Under the pieces are notes generated by a model that was not told the DNA's origin, ran no database searches, and saw only the letters and a list, made by a program, of their open reading frames with translations. A stretch of 61,135 bases of DNA, filler included. It is 7 parts of 7 records of this genome, joined end to end, with 100 filler letters (N's around TTAATTAATTAA, not from the genome) between each part and the next. Parts side by side here need not be neighbours in the genome. Positions count along the whole stretch, not along the records: positions 45,511 to 55,331 come from SRR31156797_1372; positions 55,432 to 61,135 come from SRR31156797_1418; 5 more parts are not named here. The stretch is one strand, 5' to 3'. Positions 48,942 through 59,742 of this stretch are shown piece after piece (position 1 is the first letter of the stretch; every line of letters starts with the position of its first letter). Made by a program: the position numbers and the translations under genes.

Positions 48942-49138
48942 GATTAAAACCGAAACCTACGCGGTTTCAGCGCGTAAGCGTGACGCTTAACCCAATAAAA
49001 ACAATAAACTTCTTCAAAATATTTTTTTACTATCAAACACTTTAATTTATTTTCAACGATCAAATGTAAGGTTTGCATGAGGTGAAAATTGAATCTTTTT
49101 TCACCACTAGTGTGCTGATGTCAGCGCGGTTTTTAATC
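48942..49138. repeat. Palindrome-rich intergenic element
   Basis: Terminal IR GATTAAAACCG / CGGTTTTTAATC; internal hairpins AAGCGT-ACGCTT, GGTGAAAA-TTTTCACC, GCTGA-TCAGC. Confidence 0.5.
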
Positions 49139-50086
49139 AATAGTTATTTCAAATCTCCACTTAGCTGTTCCACCAGCTGGAGCACTTTTAACTTTATTTA
49201 TACTGTTAGCTACATATAGATCATCATAAACTCCTGTGCACGGTTCTAAGGCAATATTGTAATCTCCTCTGTAACCACCCTGAGTTTTCCAGATTCCTAA
49301 ATAAGGTACCATCTCATTATCACACTTATAAGTCATTTTTTCTCCGGTAGTTAAACACTCAACACCGCAAGTGTCGTCTCCCTGCATTTTTTCTAAGAAA
49401 TAAAACTTCTCACAGTTGTTTGCACTTATTGACTCAACTCTTGACATATCTATATCTTTTGCAGTTTTTGCTGATTTAGTAAGCGGATAGTTATGAATTG
49501 TTCCCCATTCACCTAAGTGCTCAGTTGAACCTTCAACACTCATAATTGTTTTAAGTGTAGATGGAACAATTATTTTCATATTCTCATCACATTTTATTAA
49601 CGAGTGAGGTGTCCAGATGAATTTAAACTCTTCATCTGTATTTAAGTTATAAACTGTATAATTAGTTTCAATTTTATTATCATTTAAGCTTATTTTTTTA
49701 GCAAATTTATATGGTAATTTAGGACTAGTTACTTCAAATTCCAAAATTTCTTTCTCTTCATCAATCTTTAACTCCCACGGAAGTGCCCAAACTTCACCAT
49801 GGTCAGGTATCTCTACCCCTCTGTATTTACCTTCAGGATACATTGTTGCATCTATACTTGGAAAACACTCATCAAATCCACTTGAATCATAAAGATTGAA
49901 TGCATCTGCATAATTAGGAATTTTCAGAGTTTCCATATTAGTTTGCTGAAATAAAAACTCACGTCCTGTTTTTTTGCTTATAAGAGAAGCCATTTTTGAA
50001 CCATAAGAAGGTAAAAATTCCACTCTTAATTTATCATTCTCTAGTACTATACTCTCTACTCCCTTATAATTTCCTTTTGAAATCAT
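49133..50086 (-). CDS. Galactose-mutarotase-like (aldose 1-epimerase fold) protein
   Basis: GFDECFP, PDHGEVW, WTPH, IALEPCTG. Confidence 0.8.
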   Translation of the reverse strand: MISKGNYKGVESIVLENDKLRVEFLPSYGSKMASLISKKTGREFLFQQTNMETLKIPNYADAFNLYDSSGFDECFPSIDATMYPEGKYRGVEIPDHGEVWALPWELKIDEEKEILEFEVTSPKLPYKFAKKISLNDNKIETNYTVYNLNTDEEFKFIWTPHSLIKCDENMKIIVPSTLKTIMSVEGSTEHLGEWGTIHNYPLTKSAKTAKDIDMSRVESISANNCEKFYFLEKMQGDDTCGVECLTTGEKMTYKCDNEMVPYLGIWKTQGGYRGDYNIALEPCTGVYDDLYVANSINKVKSAPAGGTAKWRFEITID

Positions 50087-50116
50087 TTTTTAATCCAGCC
50101 TCCTAAGTTATTTTCA

Positions 50117-50168
50117 GTTATTTTTCTAAGTCAGAATGACTCTATCTGACTTTGCTTTGAAAAATAAC
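50117..50168. promoter_or_regulatory. Intercistronic stem-loop
   Basis: GTTATTTTTC/GAAAAATAAC and AAGTCAGA/TCTGACTT arms. Confidence 0.6.
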
Positions 50169-50205
50169 GATATGCTTACTTGTTTTCTAAAATTCACACA
50201 TAAAT

Positions 50206-51405
50206 CTAAACTTTATGACTAAGTATTTTTTTACCTTTAAATAAGTTTTCCAGAACTAAAGTAACTGCTCCAATAGTTGCTGCTTCATGTTTTAAACTTG
50301 ATGCTCTTATTTCCAGTTCCTCTTTTGTTGTCTCTATTGCATACCGTTTAACTATTTCAGATATATTTTTATATAAAAGATCTGATACCATATTTAATTC
50401 TCCAACTAAAACTATTAACTTAGGGTTTAGAATATTTACAAATACCGAAAGAGCTTTTCCTATTGCTCTTGATATTTCAATTATTGTGTCTCTTGAAACT
50501 CTATCACCTTTTAGTGCTGCATTACATATTTTTTCAATTGTTAAATCTGTCTCATCCAGATATTTACTTTTTTCACCGTTTAATAATTTAAACCTTACTT
50601 TTTCGATTAATGCCTGATTTGATGCTATCGCTTCCAGACAACCGTAGTTACCACAGCTACATCTTTTCGTACTGTGCTCCTCTACAACTACATGCCCTAT
50701 CTCACCGGCACTATAGTTTCTTCCATTATATAGTTGGCCGTTCAGGACAATTCCTGCTCCGATACCACCACTGATATTTACAACTATAAAGTCTTTCTCC
50801 TCTTTGGCTACTCCGAATTTTCCTTCACCAACAGCCATTGCTCTAACATCGTTATCTACTAAAACAGGTATACCAAACTCCTCTTCCAGTATCTTCTCGA
50901 TATTTACTTCCTCCCACTCATAGTGAGGTGAATAAAGTGAAACTCCTCTTTCAGAATCTACAATTCCATTCATTGCTATTCCAATTCCAAATATCTCATC
51001 TTTTGCTGCTTCGATAACTTTTTCCAAAAGAGTTATTAAATTATTTAAAATGTACATTCTACTTTTACTCTTTAGAGGAACTTCAGTTTCATACTGAATA
51101 TTTCCGTCAAGATCGCTTACTATTAGTTCGATTTTCTTAGGTCCCAAATATACACCTATAACATTTGCCACATGAGCATTTAATTTTAATAATACCGGAG
51201 GTCTTCCACCTGTTGTAACACCCATTCCAATCTCTTCCAAAAGTCCGATTTTCAAAAGTTTCTTAGTTGTTTTAGAGATACTTGCCGGTGTTAATGAAGT
51301 TATCTTTGCTACCTCAGCCCTTGATATAGGCCCCTTTGATCTAATAACTTCCAGTATCCCGTTAATATTAATACTTTTAATTAAAGTAAAACTTCCTTTT
51401 TCCAA
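50206..51405 (-). CDS. ROK-family transcriptional repressor (NagC/XylR-like)
   Basis: HTH ISRAEVAKITSLT, GGRPP, DNDVRAMA, AGEIGH, CSCGNYGCLE. Confidence 0.94.
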   Translation of the reverse strand: MEKGSFTLIKSININGILEVIRSKGPISRAEVAKITSLTPASISKTTKKLLKIGLLEEIGMGVTTGGRPPVLLKLNAHVANVIGVYLGPKKIELIVSDLDGNIQYETEVPLKSKSRMYILNNLITLLEKVIEAAKDEIFGIGIAMNGIVDSERGVSLYSPHYEWEEVNIEKILEEEFGIPVLVDNDVRAMAVGEGKFGVAKEEKDFIVVNISGGIGAGIVLNGQLYNGRNYSAGEIGHVVVEEHSTKRCSCGNYGCLEAIASNQALIEKVRFKLLNGEKSKYLDETDLTIEKICNAALKGDRVSRDTIIEISRAIGKALSVFVNILNPKLIVLVGELNMVSDLLYKNISEIVKRYAIETTKEELEIRASSLKHEAATIGAVTLVLENLFKGKKILSHKV

Positions 51406-52005
51406 ACTATCCTCACCTGCTTTCCTAATAAAATAATAATAAGTTTAATTTTCCAAAATCAGTTTTGTATTCTGTAATTATCTTCTCTTAAGATTCCCAA
51501 AAATTTGATTTTTTAATATTTATTAATTAACACTTTATTAATATAGTTAACTTTATCTAGCATATTTCGTCTTTTTATTTTAACTGTAATTATTTTTTGT
51601 ATTTTTTCAAGTTTTTTCTTTCAATTTCAAAACACTTTCCCGTATTTCCAATTCTAGTATATCTCTTAAATTTGCCATGGTCAAGTTAGTATATACTTAA
51701 ATAATCAACTTTGTTAACTTCGTTAATTTAATTATTAAAGCCTTTTAAATTCAGTACTTTTTTCGATGACCTTAATTAACGCATTTAAAAAAATATTTTA
51801 TTTTTTCACTTCTTTATTAATTTAGGAAATAAACTTCAAAATAAAAAAAATAGCCTTAAAAAAGATTAAAAAAAATCTCCTTTAAAGCTAATAATTCATT
51901 TAGTATAAAAATATCAGAATATTTTCGTGATCAATTTACTTTGTGATTTCTAAATCTTTTACTCAACCGCCACATGTTCTACTCCATTATTTTCTCCTAT
52001 CTGTT

Positions 52006-52812
52006 TTATAAATATCTCGTTAAATATTTAGCCACTGAATCATCATCACAGCTACCGATTATCTCATTTTTCTTCAATTTTTCTTTTAACTCAGCGTGAG
52101 CATTTCCCATTAATATTCCTTTACCAACTTCAGACAGCATTTCCAAGTCATTCATACCATCTCCAAAAGCTATTGTTTCATTTAATTCTAATTTTTCTTT
52201 TTCTAAAACTACTTTTATCGCTTCTGCTTTCGAAGTCCCTTTTGCAACTACTTCCAGAAATTTTGGCGTTGAAAAAAACGCTGTTAATTCATCTCCATAT
52301 TTTTCTTCAATATTTGATTTCAATTTTTTTAATTTTTCTTCACTAAAACTCATAAAATAAATTTTTACTATGCTAAGTTTACTTAATTGACTCTCTTCAA
52401 TTATTTCAGCAGTAAAGCCACTTTTATCATGATATGATTCCACATATTCATTTTTTTCAAATGCTAACCATTTCTCATCATCATAAAAATTAATTAATAT
52501 TTCTGAATCATCAAAAACTAAATCTGTTGCTCCCTGAACAGCGTTATTAGATATTGATTTTGTATACAGCAGCTCTCCATCACCTGTATGTACTACTGCT
52601 CCGTTTGAAGTTATCATATATATCCTATTATTCGAAAGCTCCTTTACATAGGCTTGTAAATCCCTATAGTGCCTTCCGGTTGCTATGAAAAATTTTATTC
52701 CCTTATCTATTATTTTTTCTACTGTTTCTTTACTAAATTTTGATATTTCATGATTAGAATTTAATAAAGTTCCATCCATATCCGATACTACTGCTTTTAC
52801 TCTCATTTTCAT
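52006..52812 (-). CDS. Cof-type HAD-IIB hydrolase
   Basis: SDMDGTLL, ATGR, FGDGMNDLEM, MGNA. Confidence 0.94.
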   Translation of the reverse strand: MKMRVKAVVSDMDGTLLNSNHEISKFSKETVEKIIDKGIKFFIATGRHYRDLQAYVKELSNNRIYMITSNGAVVHTGDGELLYTKSISNNAVQGATDLVFDDSEILINFYDDEKWLAFEKNEYVESYHDKSGFTAEIIEESQLSKLSIVKIYFMSFSEEKLKKLKSNIEEKYGDELTAFFSTPKFLEVVAKGTSKAEAIKVVLEKEKLELNETIAFGDGMNDLEMLSEVGKGILMGNAHAELKEKLKKNEIIGSCDDDSVAKYLTRYL

Positions 52813-53107
52813 ACACCCCTATTTTTTTTAATTCAGAAAGCATCAATCTGAATTCGGTTTAAAAAACAATGCTTTCTATATTTTTTTATATTTATGCTCT
52901 TTTCTGTCTTATTTCCTCAAAGTGTTTTTCTTGTTTTTATTATTTTACTATATTATTTTTATTATTTCAACCATATTTTTATTATATTTTTTATTATTTT
53001 TATTAAAATTATATTTAAAAGGCTGTTTTTCATTATTGTTTTTATCGTTTAATATGGTATAATTCTAAGTGTAAGTTATTTTTATTGATTTTTTTAAAGG
53101 AGTATTT

Positions 53108-53869
53108 ATGATTACAGAGGATAGAATAAACGAAATCTTAAAACTATTAAATAAAAACGGAAAAGTTCTTGTTAAAAATCTAAGTAAAAAATTTAATGTA
53201 TCAGAAGACTTAATTCGTAAAGATTTAAAAAAACTTGAAAAAAACGAAGAGGTTAGAAGAGTTTATGGAGGTGCCGTTCTTAGAAGGGATAACTTTATTG
53301 ATCTTGGAACATCAAATAGAAAAACTAATTATGTTGAAGAGAAAAAAACTATCGCTGAAAAAGCCCTAGAAATTATTAATGATAATGAGAATATCTTTTT
53401 AGGAATTTCAACTACTAATCTGCTACTTGCTAATTTAATAGCTGAAAGTAATAAAAAAATAACTGTGATTTCTAACATGCCCGATATTATTAAAATTTTG
53501 GGTAAAAATGATAATATAAATATCATCGGAATCGGCGGAACTTATAATGCAAAAGCCGAAGGATATCTTGGCTCAGCTGCAATCGATCAAATTAAAAATT
53601 ACAGAGTTGATAAATGCTTTATAGGCTGCTGTGGAGTCAACTTAGTTAATGATTCAGTTATGACAGTTTATCTAAATGATGGAATCACTAAGCAACATAT
53701 TATCGAGATCTCAAAACACTCCTATTTATTAATGGAGAACAAAAAATTTACAAAAGAAGGCTTATATAAATACTCCCATCTGGATGAGATAGAGGGAATT
53801 ATTACAGAATCAAAACCAGATCCTTATATTGTTGATCTACTAAAAGAAAAAGAAGTTTCACTTATTTAA
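53108..53869 (+). CDS. DeoR/GlpR-family regulator
   Basis: FNVSEDLIRKDL, RVYGGA, EKKTIA. Confidence 0.93.
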   Translation: MITEDRINEILKLLNKNGKVLVKNLSKKFNVSEDLIRKDLKKLEKNEEVRRVYGGAVLRRDNFIDLGTSNRKTNYVEEKKTIAEKALEIINDNENIFLGISTTNLLLANLIAESNKKITVISNMPDIIKILGKNDNINIIGIGGTYNAKAEGYLGSAAIDQIKNYRVDKCFIGCCGVNLVNDSVMTVYLNDGITKQHIIEISKHSYLLMENKKFTKEGLYKYSHLDEIEGIITESKPDPYIVDLLKEKEVSLI

Positions 53870-53876
53870 ATACAAT

Positions 53877-53909
53877 AAAAAATGCCGGCTGCTTGCGCCG
53901 GCATTTTTT
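53877..53909. terminator. Bidirectional intrinsic terminator
   Basis: AAAAAATGCCGGC-N7-GCCGGCATTTTTT between convergent genes. Confidence 0.88.
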
Positions 53910-53913
53910 ATGT

Positions 53914-55200
53914 TTATAAATATCTTATCGCTAAATAAATACTTGATAATATCATTGATTCCAAAGTTATTATCGAACCATACTTAATAAACTGTCCAAA
54001 TGTTATCTTTTCTCCTGATTTAGATGATACATTTACACCAACTATATTTGCTGCTGAGGCTACTAATGTAAGATTTCCACCTAAACATGCTCCTAATGAA
54101 AGTGCCCACCATAAAATGATAGTATTCACACCATGGAAATGCTCTGCCATGATGTGAATAACTTTTGAAAAAGTTACTGTATGCGATACATTTCCAAGTA
54201 TTCCACTTGATAGAGCTGAGAACCATAATACAAAAATATTTGCATTCTTAAAGTTACCGTCTAACATATGAATGATTTTTTCTCCCAGTAGATCTATTAG
54301 GTGCAACTCTTCTATCCCTTTAACTAAGATAAATAGTCCAATGAAGAAAAACAGTGTATCCCATTCTACTTCTTTAAATGCATCATGTGGTGATTTTTTG
54401 ATAATAATTGCTAGTGCTACTGCTCCACTTACAGCTATTATTGCTAATCCAAAATGAAAAATTTGATTAGTTAAGAAACCTAAAATTACCAAGAAGAAAA
54501 CAATCAATGATTGTTTAATTAATTTTGGATCCTGAATTGCTCTGTTTGCATCAAGTTCCATAATTCTTGCTTTCAAATCTCTCGATACTTTCATCTTTCT
54601 ACCAAACATAAAGTAAAAAGTAAATATCATTACAAACATATTGATAATAACTAGAGGACTTAAATGAATTAAGAAATCATTAAATCCTAAACCAGATTCA
54701 CTTCCTATTATCAGGTTAGGCGGATCTCCAATAAGTGTCGCTCCTCCACCTATATTCGATGCCATAATCTCTGCTAATAAAAATGGAAAGGCATTCAATT
54801 CAAGCTGTTTAGCTAGTAATATCGATACCGGCGCCATTAATAAAATTGTAGTTACATTATCAAGAAATGCCGAAAATACTGCTGTTAAAACAGCAAGTAG
54901 TGCTAATAACGCAAACGGCTCTCCCTTAACAAATTGTGCCATCTTAATTGCAAACCACTGAAAAAGTCCCGTTTCAGCCAGAACACTTACAATTATCATC
55001 ATTCCCATAAGCAGAAAAATGATCTCAAGATTATGTGCAACAGCTTCAAAAGCCTCATGTTCATTAATTATCCCTGACAGACACATTAATAGTCCTCCAC
55101 CTAAAGCTGCCCAAGGTGCAGGTATTTTCTCCGTAACAATTAAATAGAAACTCCCTATAAAAATAATTATTCCAATTATTAGATGTAGTGAAAGCTCCAT
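53914..55200 (-). CDS. ArsB/NhaD-family ion transporter
   Basis: SAFLDNVTT, SNIGGGATLIGDPPN, LGGNLTLVASAAN. Confidence 0.9.
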   Translation of the reverse strand: MELSLHLIIGIIIFIGSFYLIVTEKIPAPWAALGGGLLMCLSGIINEHEAFEAVAHNLEIIFLLMGMMIIVSVLAETGLFQWFAIKMAQFVKGEPFALLALLAVLTAVFSAFLDNVTTILLMAPVSILLAKQLELNAFPFLLAEIMASNIGGGATLIGDPPNLIIGSESGLGFNDFLIHLSPLVIINMFVMIFTFYFMFGRKMKVSRDLKARIMELDANRAIQDPKLIKQSLIVFFLVILGFLTNQIFHFGLAIIAVSGAVALAIIIKKSPHDAFKEVEWDTLFFFIGLFILVKGIEELHLIDLLGEKIIHMLDGNFKNANIFVLWFSALSSGILGNVSHTVTFSKVIHIMAEHFHGVNTIILWWALSLGACLGGNLTLVASAANIVGVNVSSKSGEKITFGQFIKYGSIITLESMILSSIYLAIRYL

Positions 55201-55331
55201 CTCAACCTCCTACTCTGCGAGATTATTTCACTTAAATTTTTCTTATGATCTTATATCCTGAATCATAAAAAGAGTTTAAATCAATAATCCGCATCCATTA
55301 TTTTTTCTTTATATAAAAATATTTATACACA

Positions 55332-55431
55332 NNNNNNNNNNNNNNNNNNNNNNNNNNNNNNNNNNNNNNNNNNNNTTAATTAATTAANNNNNNNNNNNNN
55401 NNNNNNNNNNNNNNNNNNNNNNNNNNNNNNN
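55332..55431. other. Artificial contig spacer
   Basis: N44-TTAATTAATTAA-N44. Confidence 0.98.
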
Positions 55432-55804
55432 TGGTAAAAAAGAGTATATGCTTTTAAATGTAAACAAAACTACTCAGTTATATAAAGTTAAAGAAAACAA
55501 TGTAGTTTCTAATAACTTCTTATTACTATTCCAAAATACTGATTCAAAAACACATACATATAATTTAGAGATTATAGGTAGAGATGATATTGTAATCAAA
55601 AGATTTAAACCATTTAAATTAGCTGCTGGAAAACTTAGAAAAAAAGTTGTAGTACTTGAAACAGATAAAGTTCTTGTAAATGATAATACAAAAGACACTC
55701 CTATTTCTGTAAAACTTAGAGCTTATGCAGTAGATGAGCCAGATAGAGTATCTGTAATTAGAGATGCTGTATTTATCTACCCAAGAGCTGACAAACTAAA
55801 ATAA
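55432..55804 (+). CDS. ccoG: C-terminal Ig-like domain of CcoG/FixG (partial)
   Basis: MLLNVNKTTQLY...NNFLLLFQNTD...VFIYP resembles the FixG C-terminus; low-homology call. Confidence 0.6.
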
Positions 55805-55806
55805 TC

Positions 55807-55833
55807 ATAAAGAGGCATCTCGCCTCTTTATTC
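55807..55833 (+). terminator. Intrinsic terminator
   Basis: ATAAAGAGGC-atctc-GCCTCTTTAT. Confidence 0.7.
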
Positions 55834-55906
55834 TTAAATACTTATTAACCTCATTTTAGATATAATCGCGAATATTTTACTATTTATTTAATTCATGGAG
55901 CTATTA

Positions 55907-57523
55907 ATGACTAAATTCATATTTGTTACTGGTGGAGTGCTAAGTTCACTTGGTAAAGGTATTACTTCTGCATCTATTGCAACAATTTTAAAACAATCAG
56001 GGTTCAAAGTAAGTATGCTAAAGATTGACCCATACTTAAACGTAGACCCAGGAACAATGAGTCCACTAGAGCATGGAGAAGTTTTCGTAACAGCAGACGG
56101 TGCGGAAACAGACCTTGATTTAGGAAACTACGAAAGATTTATTGATAAAACACTTACAGGTAAAAACTCTTTTACAACAGGTCAAGTTTACCAAAGTGTA
56201 ATTAAAAGAGAAAGAGAAGGTGGTTACTTAGGTAAAACTATTCAAGTAATCCCTCATGTTGTAGACGAGATTAAAGATAGAATCTACGCTGCAGCAGATG
56301 AGCATGACTTCTTAATCATCGAACTTGGTGGAACAGTAGGTGATATTGAAGGTTTACCATTCATGGAAGCAATTAGAGCTATTAGACATGAACAACCTAA
56401 AACAAATACTATGAATATCCATGTGAGTTTAATCCCATACATTAAAGCTGCAGGTGAATTAAAAACAAAACCAACTCAACACTCAGTACAAGAGTTAAGA
56501 AGAATTGGTATTACTCCACATATGCTAGTTTGTAGAACAGAAAAAGAGCTTCCAAAGAATTTAAAAGAAAAACTTGCATTATCTTGTGATATTGATAGAA
56601 ATGCAGTAATTGAAGCAGGTGATGCACAGTCAATTTACCAAGTTCCATTACACTTTATCAAAGAAGGAATTTTAACTCCTTTATCAGAGCACTTTAATAT
56701 CAAAATCAAACCAAACATGGAAAAATGGGATACTTTAGTTAAAAATATTCTTGTACCACAAGATGAAGTAACTATTGCATTTGTTGGTAAATATTTAGAT
56801 TTAAAAGAGTCATATAAGTCATTAATCGAATCATTAATCCATGCAGGAGCACACCTAAATACAAAAGTAAATATTCACTGGTGTGATTCAGAAAGAATTG
56901 AAGATACAGGAGCATATGAAGTTATTGGAAACTCTGATGCTATCTTAGTTGCTGGTGGATTTGGACATAGAGGTGCAAAAGGAAAACTTGAAGCAATTAA
57001 ATATGCAAGAGAGAATAAAGTTCCTTATTTAGGTATCTGCCTTGGTATGCAACTATCGATTATCGAATACGCAAGAAATGTATTAGGTATTGAAAATGCA
57101 AACTCTGTTGAGTTTGATGAAAATGCAGAAGATCCAGTAATCTACTTAATTGATGAGTTTATTGACCAAAGTGGTGAAAAACAACTAAGAACTCATAAAT
57201 CACCAATGGGTGGAACTATGAGACTTGGGGAGTATCCATTTGAGCCATTAAAGGGAACTAACTTACAAAAAGCATATGGAAATGAAGAAATATACTATGA
57301 AAGACATAGACATAGATATGAAGCAAATCCAGCTTATAAAGAGAGATTAGAAGAAGCAGGAATGATTATTTCTGGACAATCAAATGGTCTAATTGAAGCA
57401 GTTGAAATTAAAGACCATCCTTGGTTTGTTGGTGTTCAATTCCACCCTGAGTTTACTTCTCACTTAGAGACACCAAACCCTATTATTTTAGAGTTCGTAA
57501 AACAAGCAAATAAAAAAGCTTAA
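55907..57523 (+). CDS. pyrG: CTP synthase
   Basis: [44 protein letters not shown] supports the start at 55907. Confidence 0.97.
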   Translation: MTKFIFVTGGVLSSLGKGITSASIATILKQSGFKVSMLKIDPYLNVDPGTMSPLEHGEVFVTADGAETDLDLGNYERFIDKTLTGKNSFTTGQVYQSVIKREREGGYLGKTIQVIPHVVDEIKDRIYAAADEHDFLIIELGGTVGDIEGLPFMEAIRAIRHEQPKTNTMNIHVSLIPYIKAAGELKTKPTQHSVQELRRIGITPHMLVCRTEKELPKNLKEKLALSCDIDRNAVIEAGDAQSIYQVPLHFIKEGILTPLSEHFNIKIKPNMEKWDTLVKNILVPQDEVTIAFVGKYLDLKESYKSLIESLIHAGAHLNTKVNIHWCDSERIEDTGAYEVIGNSDAILVAGGFGHRGAKGKLEAIKYARENKVPYLGICLGMQLSIIEYARNVLGIENANSVEFDENAEDPVIYLIDEFIDQSGEKQLRTHKSPMGGTMRLGEYPFEPLKGTNLQKAYGNEEIYYERHRHRYEANPAYKERLEEAGMIISGQSNGLIEAVEIKDHPWFVGVQFHPEFTSHLETPNPIILEFVKQANKKA

Positions 57524-59088
57524 TGTCTAAGGTTACAAAACAAAGACTTTTTGAACTGTTAAGTGCAAGACATGAGAATAACCCCTATTCTCGTCTTGCT
57601 AGTATTCCTGCACCAGATAGCTTCAAAGATATAAAAAAAGCCTCACAAAGAATCAAACAAGCCCTTCTAAATAATGAAACAATAACTATTGTTGGAGATT
57701 ATGATGTTGATGGAGTAGTATCTACAACTATTATCGTTGATTTTTTCCAAAGAATTGGAAGAAAAGTAAATCATATCATTCCAAATAGATTTGAACATGG
57801 TTATGGACTAAGCCCAAAAATTGTTGATATGATTGATGAAGGTTTAGTTATTACAGTTGATAATGGAATCTCAGCTTGTAATGCCGCAGAACTTCTAAAG
57901 CAAAAAGGTATTGATTTAATTATCACTGACCATCATACAGTTGGAGAACAAATTCCTGAAGCTTTGGCAATAATAAACCCAAAGCAAGAGGATTGTACTT
58001 TTCCTTTTAAAGAAATCTGTGGTGCTCAAGTTGCATGGTACCTTTGTGCAGCAATAAAAAAAGAGATAAATGCAGATGTAAATCTACAAGAGTTTTTTGA
58101 TTTACTTTGTGTAGCTATTATTGCTGATATTATGCCTATGACAAGTCTAAACTATACTATGGTTAAACATGGACTTAAAAAAATCAAAACATCTTCAAGA
58201 CCTGCATTTAAGAAAATTAATGAAATGATTTCAAAAGAGATTTTTGTATCTGATGATGTAGGCTTTACAATTGCTCCTAAAATAAATAGTGCAGGAAGAA
58301 TGGAAGATGCCTCAATTGCATTAAGCTTCTTACTAGCCTCAACTGAATATGAGGCAAACGATGCTTTACAAATGTTAGAAGAGTTAAATGTATTTAGAAA
58401 AAACTTGCAAGAAGAGATTTCTCAAAAAGCTACAAATGCAACAAACCCTGAAGAGAATGCTGTTATAGTATGGGGTGAAGACTGGCATGAAGGTGTTATT
58501 GGAATTGTTGCTTCAAAGCTATCTAATGCATTTAAAAAGCCAGCTTTTATCTTCTCTATAAACAATGGTATTGCAAAAGGAAGTGCAAGGGCAAATGCAA
58601 ATATAAACTTGCATACTATTATCACAGAAGCTTCTGATTTACTTCTTGGTTTTGGTGGTCACAAAAATGCAGCTGGTTTATCTATGGAAGCAAAAAACTT
58701 AGAAGAGTTCAAAAATAGAATAAATAAGTCTTTAGAAGAGCATAAAGAAGAGCTTCACATAGACCATGATGTTTTAGGTGAACTTGATGTGTCAAATGTA
58801 GATATTGAGTTTTTAAATATCATTGAACAGTTTGAACCATATGGACTAAAAAATCATAGACCAATATTTAAAATCACAAACTCACAAATCATAAAAGCTG
58901 AACTTTTTGGTAAAGATAAAAACCACACAAAACTAACACTAAATAGTGATGGCTTTTTATTTGAAGCTATTAAGTTTTATTGTGATGAAAGATTTGATAA
59001 AGCAACTATTGATTTAGTTGTATCAGTAAATAAAAATGAGTTTAGAGGCCAGATAAACCCTCAGTTTTTAATACAAGATATCTTATAA
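57523..59088 (+). CDS. recJ: ssDNA exonuclease RecJ
   Basis: GDYDVDG, ITVDNG, TDHH, GGHKNAAG, EPYG. Confidence 0.95.
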   Translation: MSKVTKQRLFELLSARHENNPYSRLASIPAPDSFKDIKKASQRIKQALLNNETITIVGDYDVDGVVSTTIIVDFFQRIGRKVNHIIPNRFEHGYGLSPKIVDMIDEGLVITVDNGISACNAAELLKQKGIDLIITDHHTVGEQIPEALAIINPKQEDCTFPFKEICGAQVAWYLCAAIKKEINADVNLQEFFDLLCVAIIADIMPMTSLNYTMVKHGLKKIKTSSRPAFKKINEMISKEIFVSDDVGFTIAPKINSAGRMEDASIALSFLLASTEYEANDALQMLEELNVFRKNLQEEISQKATNATNPEENAVIVWGEDWHEGVIGIVASKLSNAFKKPAFIFSINNGIAKGSARANANINLHTIITEASDLLLGFGGHKNAAGLSMEAKNLEEFKNRINKSLEEHKEELHIDHDVLGELDVSNVDIEFLNIIEQFEPYGLKNHRPIFKITNSQIIKAELFGKDKNHTKLTLNSDGFLFEAIKFYCDERFDKATIDLVVSVNKNEFRGQINPQFLIQDIL

Positions 59089-59736
59089 AACAACTCTTGG
59101 AGGTAAAGAAAGTTCTCTTTCTTTCTTTATTCCTTCTAACTCTAATATCTCATCATCTACACTCGTACTAGAGTTTGCAGAAGCTAAAATATTTCCATTT
59201 GTTACATCAATTAGTTTCATAAATACAATCAATGTCTCTGTTGTAATTGTATATGTTCCTACAACTGCAAATTTACCATCTACAGACTTATTACTAATAT
59301 CTCTTTGTTTTCTTGTTAAAAGATTTAATCCATTTTGCCCATAAGAGAAGTTTTCACTTAATTCAACTTGTCTTACAATAATATTTTTATTTAATAAAGC
59401 ATCTTTTAAATGCTCAGATAATAAAAATCCTAATTTTGATCGATTCTCTAACTTATCAATATTTACAAAATCAGAAACTAAAACAACATCATCATCTAAA
59501 AGATATTTATCTAATCTTGTAGAAGTTTTTAAAATTAGGTTATTTATTAAAGAACTAAAATCATTTGAACCAGTTATTTTTTTATGATTACTTGGAGCTT
59601 TTTTAGCCATATTTTCCATAAAAGAGGGAAGGTCTTCACTTCCTGTCATCTTTTTTAAAGAACAAGAAGTGAATAAAAAAAGAGGAATAGAAACTAATAC
59701 TATTAGTTTACTTATTTGTAAAAAAGCTTTTGTCAT
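59083..59736 (-). CDS. FlgO-domain lipoprotein
   Basis: Lipobox FTSC; VLVSDFVN, LGFLLSE, VVGTY, LIDVTNGNILASA. Confidence 0.78.
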   Translation of the reverse strand: MTKAFLQISKLIVLVSIPLFLFTSCSLKKMTGSEDLPSFMENMAKKAPSNHKKITGSNDFSSLINNLILKTSTRLDKYLLDDDVVLVSDFVNIDKLENRSKLGFLLSEHLKDALLNKNIIVRQVELSENFSYGQNGLNLLTRKQRDISNKSVDGKFAVVGTYTITTETLIVFMKLIDVTNGNILASANSSTSVDDEILELEGIKKERELSLPPRVVL

Positions 59737-59742
59737 AAATCT

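Noticed and set aside
51406-52005. TTAAC/GTTAA repeats upstream of the ROK gene as operators
   Set aside because: The region is extremely AT-rich, so the repeats cannot be told from background by eye.
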